DNA of 64,000 bases from Somniosus microcephalus (taxonomy: Eukaryota): positions 288,548,001 to 288,612,000 of the forward strand of contig CM126202.1 in the NCBI GenBank assembly GCA_052327205.1. The letters are read 5' to 3'. Of this stretch, positions 27,201 through 39,100 are shown piece by piece. The translations under genes were made by a program, and so were the position numbers. The notes beneath the pieces are model-generated. The model was given only the letters and a program-made list of their open reading frames with translations. It ran no database searches and had not been told where the DNA came from. Each line of letters begins with the position of its first letter. Position 1 is the first letter of the stretch.

Positions 27201-30200
27201 CATGATGTCCAGTCATCTACTGCTGTGTGCTAGCTTCCCCTCGTGATGTCTGATCTTGCCCTCGCGATATCCGGTCATCCACCGCAATGTCGGATCTTCC
27301 CCCGCGATGTCCGATCTTCCCCCATGATGTCCGATCTTCCCCCATGATGTCCGATGTTCCCCCACAATGCCCAATCTTCCCCACACAATGTCCGATCTTC
27401 CACTTGCAATGTCCATTCTTCTCCACTCGCGATGTCTGATCATCTCCCGCGATGTCCGATCGTCCTCCGCGATGTCTGATCTTCCCTTCCCGATGTCCAA
27501 TCTTCCCCTGGGATGTCTGATCTTCCCCGCGAAATCCGATCTTCCCCCCGCAATGTCCAATCTTCCCCTGTGATGTCCGATCTTCCCCCGGGGTGTCCGA
27601 TCCTCCCTGCGCTGTAAGAACTTCCCCCCGCAATGTCCAATCTTCCCTCCGCGACGACCAATCTTCCCCTTGCAATATCCGTCTACCCCCGCAATATCCG
27701 ACCTTCTCCCCTCGCGATGTCTGATCTTCTCCCGCGATGTCCAATCATCCCCCGCGATGTGCGATCTTCCCCCCGCAATGTCCGATCTTCTCCCGCAATG
27801 TCCCATCTTCCCCTGCAATGTCCGATCTTACCCACGCGATGTCCGCTCTTACCCCGTAATGTCCGATCTTACCCCCGCTATGTCCGATCTTGCCCCGCGA
27901 TGTACAAACTTACTCCCGCGAGTTCTGATCTTCCTCTGTGATGTCCGATCTTCCCCCCACGATGTCCGATCTTCCCCCCGTGATGCCCGATCTTCCCCCG
28001 TGATGTCCGATCTTCCCCCCACGATGTCCGATCTTCCCCCGTGATGTCTAATCTTCCCCCGCAATGTCCAATCTTCCCCCCGCAATGTCCGATCTTCCCC
28101 CCGTAATGTCAGATCTTCCGCTCATGATATCCGACCTTCTCCCCTCGCGATGTCTGATCTTCTCCCACGATGTCCGATCTTCCCCTGCGGTGTGCGATCA
28201 TCCCCTCGTGATGTCTGATCTTGCCCTCGCGATGTCCGGTGGTCCACCGCAATTTTGGATCTTCCCCCGTGATGTCCGATCTTCCCACAAAATGTCCGAT
28301 CTTCCCCACGCACTGTCCGATCTTCCACTTGCAATGTCCATTCTTCTCTCCTCGCGATGTCTGATCTTCTCCTGCGATGTCGGATCTTCCCTTCCCGATG
28401 TCCAATCTTCCCCCGGGATGTCCGATCTTCCCCACGATGTCCGATCTTACCCCCGCAATGTCCAATCTTCCCCCATGATGTCCGATCTTCCCCCGGGATT
28501 TCCAATCCTCCCCGCGATGTAAGAACTTCCCCCCGCAATGTCCGATCTTCCCTCCGCGATGACCGATCTTCCCCTTGCAATATCCGATCTACCCACCGCA
28601 ATGTCCGACCTTCTCCCCTCGCGATGTCTGATCTTCTCCCGCGATGTCCAATCTTCCCCCGCGATGTGCGATCTTCCCCTCGCGATGTCCGATCTCCCCC
28701 GCGATGTCTGAACTTACCCCGCGTTGACCGAGCTTCCCCCTGCAATGTCCGATCTTCCCCCTGCAATGTCTGATCTTCCCCCGCAATGTCCGATCTTCCC
28801 CCGCAATGTCCCATCTTCCCCCGCAATGTCCGATCTTACCCACGCGATGTACGATCTTACCCCGCAATGTCCGATCTTACCCCCGCTATGTTCGATCTTG
28901 CCCCGCGATGTCCAATCTTACTCCCGCGAGGTCTGATCTTCCACTGTGATGTCCGATCTTCCCTCAGGATGTCCAATCTTCCCCCGCAATGTCCGATCTT
29001 CCCCCCACGATGTCCGATTATTATCCACGCGATGACCGATTCTCCCCCTGCGATTTCCAATCTTACCCCGTGAAGTCAGATCTTCCCCCGCAATGTCCGA
29101 TCCTCCCACCGCGATGTCCGATCTTCTCCCCGCAATGTCCGATCATCCCCCCGCGATGTCTGATCTTCCCCCGCGATGTCTGATCTTCCCCCGTGAGTTC
29201 CAATCTTCCCCCGCGATGTCCGATCTTCCCCCGTGATGTCCGATCTTCCCCCGTGATGTCCGATCTTCCCCCCACGATGTCCAATCTTCTCTCTGTGATG
29301 TCCGATCTTCCCCCCGCGATGTCCGATCTTCCCTCAGGATGTCCAACCTTCCCCCGCAATGTCCGATCTTCCCCCCGCAATGTCCGATTTTATCCGCGCG
29401 ATGACCGATTCTCCCCCTGCGATTTCCGATCTTCCCCCGCGATGTCAGATCTTCCCCCGCAATGTCCGATCATCCCCCCGCGAGGTCCGATCTTCCCCTG
29501 CGATGTCTGATCTTCCCCTTGCGATGAATGACCTTCCCCCATGATGTCCGATCTTCCCTCATGATGTTCGATCTTCACCCGCGATGTCCGATCTTCCCCT
29601 TGCGATGTCCGATCTTCTCCCGCAAAGTCCGATCTTCTCCCTGCAATGTCCGATCTTCTCCCCACGATGTCCAATCATCCCCCCGCAATGTCTGATCTTC
29701 CCCCATGATGTCCGATCTACCCACATGATGTCCGATCTTCCTCCCGCAATGTCTGATCTTCTCCACGCGATGTCCGATCTTCCCTCGCGATCTTCGATCT
29801 TCCCTCACGATGTCCGACCTTCCCCTCACGATGTCCGATCTTCCCCCCGCGATGTCCAATCTTCGCCTCGCGATGTCCAATCTTTTCGCCATGATGTCCA
29901 ATCTTCTCCCCGTGATGTCCGATCTTCCCCCCGCGATGTCCGATCTTCACTCAGAATGTCCGATCTTCCGCCGCAATGTCGGATCTTCCCCTTGCAATAT
30001 CCGATCTTCCCCCCGCAATGTCCGACCTTCTCCCCTCGCGATGTCTGATCTTCTCCCCCGATGTCCAATCTTCCCCCGCGATGTGCGATCATCCCCTCGC
30101 AATGTCCGATCTTCCCGTCGCGATATCCGATCTTCCACCGCAATGTCGGATCTTCCCCTCGCTTTGCCCGATCTTCCGTCACAATGTCTGATCTTCCCCA

Positions 30201-31869
30201 CGATATCTGATCTTCCCCTCATGATGTCCAACCTTCCCCTCGTGATGTCCGATCTTCCCCTCGCTATGTCCGATCTTCCTTCGCAATGTCCGATCTTCCC
30301 CTCGCCATGTCCGATCTTCGCCTCGTGATGTCCAATCTTTTCTCCGCAATGTCCGATCTTCTGCCTATGATGTCCAATCTTCTCTCCGTGATGTCCGATC
30401 TTCCCCCCGTGATGTCTGATCTTCCCCCCGCGATGTCCGATTTTATCCGCGCGATGACCGATTCTCCCCCTGTGATGTCCGATCTTCCCCCGCGATGTCC
30501 GATTTTATCCGCGCGATGATCACTTCTCCCCCTGCGATGTCCGATCTTCCCCCGCGATGTCCGATCTTCCCCCGTGATGCCCGATCTTCCCCCCACGATG
30601 TCTGATCTTCCCCTGCGATGTCCGATCTTCCCCCCGCGATGTCAGATCTTCTCCCTGGGATATCCGATCTTCCCCCCGCGATGTCTGATCTTCCCCTGCG
30701 ATGTCCGATCTTCCTCCGCGATGTCCGATATTCCCCCTCGATGTCAGATCTTCCCCTAGCGATGTCCGATCTTCTCCTGCAATGTCCGATCTTCTCCTCG
30801 CAATGTCCGATTTTCTCCCCACGATGTCCAATCTTCCCCCCGTGATGTCTGATCTTCCCCCTGATGTCCGATCTTCCCCCGCGATGTCCGATCATCCTCC
30901 CACAATGTCTGATCTTCTCCCTGCGATGTCCGATCTTCCTCCCGCAATGTCTGATCTTCTCCCCATGATGTCCGATCTTCCCTCGCGATGTTCGATCTTC
31001 CCTCGCAATGTCCGATATTCCCCTCACGATGTCCGATCTTCTCCCTGCGATGTCTGATCTACCCCCTCGCGATGTCCGATCTTCCCCCGCGATGTCCGAT
31101 CTTCCCCCATGATGTCTGATCTTCCCCTCGCGATGTCCGATCTTTCACTCGCAATGTCTCATCTTCCCCCTCGATGTCCGAACTTCCCCCACAACTTCTG
31201 ATCTTCCCCCGTGATGTCCGATCTTCCACCGCGATGTCTCATCTTATCTCGCAATGTCCTATCTTCGCTCCACCATGTCCGATCTTCCACCGCGATGACC
31301 GATCTCCCCACGTGATGTCCGATCTTCCCCCCCATGCGATGTCCAATCTTACCCTCATGATGCCTGATCTTCCCCTGTGATGTCCGATCTTCCCCCCATG
31401 ATGTCCGATCTTCTCCCCGTGATATCTGATCATCCCTCGCAATATCCGATCTTCCCCCATGATGTCCGACCTTCCCTCGTGATGTCCGAACTTCCCCCGC
31501 GATGTCAGATCTTCTCCCCGCGATGTCCGATATTCTCCCCGCGATGTCCGCGCGTCCCTCGTGATGTCTGATCTTCCCCCGTGTTGTCCAATCTTCTCTC
31601 TGCGATGTCAGATCTTCTCCCCACGATGTCCGATATTCTCCCTGCAATGTCCGATCTTCCCTTGTGATGTCCGATCTTCCCCCACGATGTCCGATCTTCC
31701 CCCGCGATGTCCGATCTTCCCCCCATGATGTCCGATCTTCTCCCCGCGATATCTGATCATCCCTCACGATATCCGATCTTCCCCCACGATGTCTGATCTT
31801 CCCTTGCAATGTCTGATTTTCCCTCTTGATGTCTGATCTCCCCCCGTGATGTCCAATCTTCCCCCAAGA

Positions 31870-33100
31870 TGTCCGATCTTCCCTCGTGATGTCCGATCTT
31901 CACCTGCGATGTCAGAACTCCTCCCCGCGATGTCCAATATTCTCCTGGCGATGTCCGCTCTTCCCTCGTGATGTCCGATCTTCCCCCGCGATGTCCAATC
32001 TTCTCTCTGCGATGTCCGATCTTCCCTTGCAATGTCCGATCTTCCCCCGCGATGTCCAATCTTCCCTCGCTATGTCCGATCTTCCCCCGCGATGTCCGAT
32101 CATCCACACTCGCGATGCCTGATCTTCCACTTGCGATGTCCGATCATCTGCTTGCAATGTCAGATCTTCCCCCCGCGATATCTGATCTTATCCCACGGTG
32201 TTCGAGCTTCCCCCATGATGTCCGATCTTCCTCGCAATGTCCGATCTACCCCCCTCGCGATATCCGATCATCCCCCGCGATGTCCGATCATCCCCCCTCG
32301 CAATGTCCGATCTCCTCCTCGCGAGGCCCGACCTTCCCCCGCGATGTCCGATCTTCCCCTCATGATGTGAGATCTTCCCCTGCGATGTCCGATCTTCCCC
32401 CGCGATGTCCGATCTTCCCCTCACGATGTCCGATCTTACCCACAATGACCGATCTCCACACGCGATGTCCGATCTTCCCTCGTGATGTCCGATCTTCCCC
32501 CGCGATGTCAGAACTCCTCCCCGCGATGTCCGATATTCTCCCGTCGATGTCCGCTCTTCCCTCGTGATGTCCAATCTTCCCCCGCGATGTCCAATCTTCT
32601 CTCTGCGATGTCAGATCTTCTCCCCGCGATGTCCAATATTCTCCCTGCAATGTCCGATCTTCCCTTGCAATGTCCGATCTTCCCCCACGATGTCCAATCT
32701 TCCCTCGCTATGTCCAATCTTCCCCCGCGATGTCCGATCATCCACACTCGCGATGCCTGATCTTCCACTTGCGATGTCCGATCATCTGCTTGCAATGTCA
32801 GATCTTCCCCCCGCGATATCTGATCTTATCCCACGGTGTTCGATCTTCCCCCATGATGTCCGATCTTCCTCGCAATGTCCGATCTACCCCCCTCACTATA
32901 TCCGATCTTCCCCCATGATGTCCGATCATCCCCCCTCGCGATGTCCGATCTCCTCCTCGCGAGGTCCGACCTTCCCCCGCGATGTCCGATCTTCCCCTCA
33001 TGATGTGAGATCTCCCCCTGAGATGTCCGATCTTCCCCCGCGATGTCCGATCTTCCCCTCACGATGTCCGATCTTGCGCCACAATGACCGATCTCCACAC
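31870..33100. repeat. Higher-order tandem duplication, ~638 bp unit
   Basis: ORF pairs 32032/32670 and 32188/32826 are offset 638; shared markers CATCTGCTTGCAATG, CTTATCCCACGGTG and GATGTGAGATC. Confidence 0.88.
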
Positions 33101-36100
33101 GCGATGTCCGATCTTCCACCGCGATGTCCAATCTTCCCCCTCGCAATGCCCGATCTTCCCCCCTCGTGATGTCTGATCATCCCCCGCGATGTCCGATCTT
33201 CCCCCTCGCGATGTCCGATCTTCCACCGCGATATCTGATCTTCCCCCGCAATGTGTAATCTACCCCCGCGAAGTCCGATCTTCTCCCCGCAATTTACGAT
33301 CTTGCCTCGTGATGTCTGATCTCCCCCCGTGATGACCAATCTTCCCCCCTCGCGATGTCCGATCCTCCCCTCGTGGTGTCTGATATTCCTCCGCGATGTC
33401 CAATCTTCCCCCGTGATGTCCGATCATCCCCCCTCGCGATGCCCGATCTCCCCCTCACGATGACTGATCTCCCCACACGATGTCCAATCTTCCCCCGCAA
33501 TGTCCGATCTTCCCCTCGCGATGTCAGATCTCCTCCGCGATGTCCGATCTTCCCCTCACGATGTCCGAACTTCCCCCGTGATGTCGGATCTTCCCCTCCC
33601 GATGTCCGATCTTACTCCACGATGACCAATCTCCCCACGCGATGTCTGATATTCCCCCCATGCGATGTCTGATCTTCCCCCATGCGATGTCCAATCTTAC
33701 CCTCATGATGTCTGATCTTCCCCGTGATGTCTGATCTTCCCCACGATGTCCGATCTTTCCCCCTCATGATGTCCGATCCTCCCCTTGCGATGCCTGAGCT
33801 TCCCCTCGCGATTTCCGATCTTCCCCCCGCGATGTCCGATCTTCCCTCGCAATGTTTGTTCTTCCCCTGCGATGTCCAATCTCTCTCCGCGATGTCCGAT
33901 GATCCGTCATTATGTCCGATCTTCCCCACCATGTCCAATCTTCTCTCCGCGATGTCAGATCTTCCTCCTCATGATGTTCGATATTCTCCCTGCGATGTCC
34001 GATCTTCCCCCGCAATGTCGAATCTTCCCTCGCAATGCCTGATCTTCCCTCGTGATGTCCAATCTCCCCTCACGATGTCCGATCTTCCCCCATGATGTCC
34101 GATCTTCCCTCGTGATGTCCGATCTTCCCCCGCAATGTCCAACCTTCTCTCTGCGATGTCCGATATTCCCCCCGCGATGTCCGATCTTTGCCCCGCGATG
34201 TCCGATATTCTCCCCGTGATGTCCGATCTTCCCCACAATGTCCTGTCTTCCCCTGCGATGTCCGACCTTCCCCTCGTGATGTCCGATCTTCTCCCCGCGA
34301 TGTCCGATATTCCACCACGATGTCCGATGATCTCCCCGCAAAGACCGATCTTCTTCACGGGGTGGCTGATCGTCTCTTGCGATGTCTGATCTTCCCCTCA
34401 CGATATTCGATCGTCCCCTCGAGATGTCCGATCATCCACTGCGTTATCCATCTTCCCCCATGATGTCCGTTCATCCCAACGCGATGTCTGATCTTCTCCC
34501 GCGATGTCCGATCTTCCCCTCATGATATCGGATCTTCTCTCACGATGTCCGATCTTCCCCTCGCGATGTCCGATCTTCTACACTCACCATTTCTGATCTT
34601 CCACTCACGATGTCCGATCATCCCCTCACAAGGTCCGATATTCCCCTTGCGATATCTGATCTTCTCCCATGGTGTTCGATCTTCCCTTCGCAATTTCCGA
34701 TCTTCCCTCTCATGATGTCCGATCTTCCCCCCGTGATGTCTGATCTTCCCCCGCAATGTCTGATCTTCCCCCACGCTGTCTGATCTTCCCCCCACATTGT
34801 CCAATCTTCTCCTCGCGATATCTGATCTTCCCTCGTGATATCCGATCTTCCCCCACGATGTCTGATCTTCCCTGGCGATGTCTGATCTTCCCCTCGTGAT
34901 CAACCACTGCGATGTCCGATTTTCCCCCGTTATGTACGGTCATCCCCCCGTGATGTCTGATCTTCTCCCGCGATGTCCAATCTTCCCCTCACGATATCCG
35001 ATCTTCCCTCACGATGTCTGATCTTCCCCTCACTATGTCGGATCTTCCCCCGTGATGTCCGATCTTCCACACTCGCGATGTCTGATCTTCCACTCATGAT
35101 GTCCGATCATCCCCTCGCAATGTCTGATCTTCCCCTCGCAATGTCTGACCTTCTCCAGTGATGTCCGATCTTACCCCTCGATGCCCGATCTTCCGCTCGC
35201 GATGTCCGATCTTCTCTCCGTGATGTCTGATCTTCCCCCACGATGTCCGATGATCTCCCCGTGATGTCTGAGCTTCCCCTCGCGATGTCCGATCAACCCG
35301 CGCAATGTCCATTCTTCCCCCCACGATGTCCGATCTTTTCCCCGCGATGTCTGATCTTCCCCCATGATGTCTGATCTTCCCCTCGCGATTTCCGATCTTC
35401 CCCTCGCGATGTCCGATCATATGCTGCGATGTCTGATCTACCCCCGTTATGTCCGGTCATCCCCCCGTGATGTCTGATCTTCTCCCGCGATGTCCAATCT
35501 TCCCCTCGCTATGTCCAATCTTCCACCGCGATGTCCAATCTTCCACGTTCGTGAGTCTGATCTTCCACTCGCGACGTCCAATCTTCTTTTTGCGATGTCA
35601 GATCTTCTCCCCGCGATGTCCGATATTCTCCCTGCAATGTCCGATCTTCCCTTGCGATGTCCGATCTTCCCCCGCAATGACCGATCTTCCTCCACGATGT
35701 CCGATCTTCCCCTCACTATATCCCATCTTCTCCCCGCGATGCCCAACCTTCCCTTGCCGTGTCCGATCTTCCCCCGTGATGTCCGATCTTCCCCTCATGA
35801 TGTCCGATCTTCTCCCCACAATGTCCGATCTTCCCCCACGATGTCCGATGATCTCCCCGCAAAGTTCAATCTTCTCCTCGCGATGTCTGCTCCTCTCCTG
35901 TGATGTCCGATCTTCCTCGCGATGTCCGATCTTCCCCCTACGATGTCTGATCATCTCCCGTGATGTCCGATCTCCCCCTCGCGATGTCCGATCTTCCCTC
36001 GCGATGGCCGATCTTCCCCTCACTATGTCCGATCATCCCCCACGATGTCCGATCTTCCACACTCGCGATGTCTGATCTTCCACTCACGATGTCTGATCAT

Positions 36101-39100
36101 CCCCTCGCAATGTCCGATCTTCACCTCGTGATGTCTGACCTTCTCCAGCGATGTCCAATCTTCCCCGGTGTTGTCCGATCTTCCCCTCACTATGTCCGAT
36201 CTTCTCCCCGTGATGCCTGATCTTCCCCCATGATGTCCGATGATCTCCCCACAATGTCTGATCTTCCCCCACGATGTCCGATGATCTCCCCGCAAAGTCC
36301 AATCTTCTCCTCGCGATGTCTGCTCCTCTCCCGCGATGTCCGATCTTCCCTCACGATGTCCAATCTTCCCCCCACAATGTCTGATCTTCTCCCGTGATGT
36401 CCGATCTTCTCCTAGCGATGCCCGATCTTCCCTCATGATGTCCGATCTTCCCCTCACTATGTCCAATCTTCCCCCACGATGTCCGATCATCCACACTCGC
36501 GATGTCTGATCTTCCACTCACGATGTCCGATCATCCCCTCGCAATGTCTGATCTTCACCTCGCGATGTCTGACCGTCTCCAGCGATGTCCAATCTTCCCC
36601 GGAGTTGTCCGATCTTCCCCTCACAATGTCCGATCTTCTCCCCGCAATGTCTGATCTTCCCCCATGATGTCCGATGATCTCTCTGCAATGTCTGATCTTC
36701 CCCTCGCAATGTCCAATCATCCCGCGCGATGTCCATTCTTCCCCCCGCGATGTCCGATCTTCTCCCCGCGATGCCTGATCTTCCCCCACGATGTCCGATG
36801 ATCTCCCTGCGATGTCTGATCATCCCCTCGCGAGGTCCGATCATCCCGCGCGATGTCCATTCTTCCCCCCGCGATGTCTGATCTTCCCCTCGCGACGTCT
36901 GATCTTCCCCTCACGATGTCCCATCATATGCTGCAATGTCTGATCTTCCCCCGTGATGTCTGGTCATCCCCCCGCAATGTCTGATCTTCTCCCGTGATGT
37001 CCGATCTTCCCCTCACTATGTCCGCTCTGCCACCGCGATGTCCGATCTTCCACACTCGCGATGTCTGATCTTCCACTCGCGATGTCCGATCTTCCCCTCT
37101 CGCAATGTTCGATCTTCCCCGCGGTGTTCAATCATCACCCCCCGCGATGTCCGATCATCCCCGCAATGTCTGATCTTCACCTCACGATGTCAGATCTCCC
37201 CCCGCGATGTCCGATCTTCCCCCGCTATGTACGATTTCCCCCCGTGATGTCAGATCTTCCCCTCGCGATGTCCGATCTTACCCCATGATGACCGATCTCC
37301 ACTCGTGATGTCTGATCTTCCCCCGCGATGTCCGATCTTCCCCCCATGATGTCCGACCTTCTCCCCGCCATATCTGATCATCCCTCGCGATATCCGATCT
37401 TCCCCCACGATGTCTGATCTTCCTCCACGATGTCTGATCTTCCCTCGTGATGTCCGATCTTCCCCTCGCGATGTCCGATCTTACCCCACGATGACCGATC
37501 TCCCCTCGTGATGTCTGATCTTCCCCCGCGATGTCCGATCTTCCCCCCATGATGTCCGATCTTCTCCCCGCGATATCTGATCATCCCTCGCGATATCCGA
37601 TCTTCCCCCACGATGTCTGATCTTCCCCCACGATGTCCGATCTTCCCTCGTGATGTCCGATCTTCTCCCCGCGATGCCTGATCTTCCCCCACGATGCCCG
37701 ATGATCTCCCTGCGATGTCTGATCTTCCCCTCGCGATGTCCGATCATCCCGCGCGATGTCCATTCTTCCCCCCGCGATGCCTGATCTTCCCCTCGCGACG
37801 TCTGATCTTCCCCTCGCGATGTCCCATCATATGCTGCAATGTCTGATCTTCTCCCGTGATGTCCGGTCATCCCCCCGCAATGTCTGATCTTCTCCCGTGA
37901 TGTCCGATCTTCCCCTCACTATGTCCACTCTGCCACCGCGATGTCCGATCTTCCACACTCGCGATGTCTGATCTTCCACTCGCGATGTCCGGTCTTACCC
38001 TCGCAATGTCCAATCCTCTCCTCGCGATGTCTGATCTTCCCCGCGATGTCCGATCTTCCCCTCTCGCAATGTTCGATCTTCCCCGCAATGTCTGATTTTC
38101 ACCTCGCGATGTCAGATCTCCCCCCGCGATGTCCGATCGTCCCCCGCTACGTCCGATTTCCCCCCGCGATGTCGGATCGTCCCCTCGCGATGTCTGATCT
38201 TGCCCCACGATGACCGATCTCCCCTCATGATGTCTGATCTTCCCCCGCGATGTCCGATCTTCCCCCCATGATGTCCGATCTTCTCCCCACGATATCTGAT
38301 CATCCCTCGCGATATCCGATCTTCCCCCACGATGTCTGATCTTCCCCCACGATGTCCGATCTTCCCTCATGATGTCCGATCTTCCCCCGCGATGTCAGAT
38401 CTTCTCCCCGCGATGTCCGATATTCTCCCCACGATGTCCGCTCTTCCCTCGTGATGTCCCATCTTCCCCCATGATTTCCAATCTTCTCTCAGTGATGTCA
38501 GATCTTCTCCCCGCGGTGTCCAATATTCTCCCTGCAATGTCCAATCTTCCCTTGCGATGTCTGATCTTCCCCTGCAATGTCCAATCTTCCCTCGCTATGT
38601 CCGATCTTCACCTCACGATGTCCCATCTTCTCCCTGCGATGTCCGATCTTCCCCCGCAATGACCGGTCTTCCCCCGCAATGCCCGATCTTCCCCTCACGA
38701 TGTCCGGTCTTCTCCCCGCGATGTCCGATCTTCCCCCATGATGTCTGATGATCTCCCCGCAAAGTCCAATCTTCTCCTCGCGATGTCTGCTCCTCTCCCG
38801 CGATGTCCGATCTTCCCCTCGCGATGTCCGATCATCCTGCGCGATGTCCGATCTTCCCCCCACGATGTCTGATCTTCTCCAGTGATGTCCGATCATCCCC
38901 TCGCGATGTCCGATCTTGCCCTGGTGATGTCTGATCATCCGCTGCGATGTCCGATCTTCCCCCTGATGTCCGGTCATCCCCCGTTATGTCTGATCTCCTC
39001 CCGCAATGTCCGATCTTCCCCTTGCAATATCCGATCTTCCCTCGCGATATCCAATCTTCCCCTCGCTATGTCCGATCTTCCCCCGCGATGTCCGATCATC

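Larger units (their letters stand above)
1..30600. repeat. Satellite sub-family domain L (left), defined by diagnostic variant monomers
   Basis: Markers recur many times here and are rare or absent to the right: GTAAGAACTT (2721 and about 15 more up to ~28520), GGTGTGCGAGCTT (4771, 5922, 9162, 10649, 12363, 20318, 20916), GATTTTATCCGCGC, CCCTCAGGATG, GAGAAGTCC and CCACTTGCAATGTCCATTC. Confidence 0.8.
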
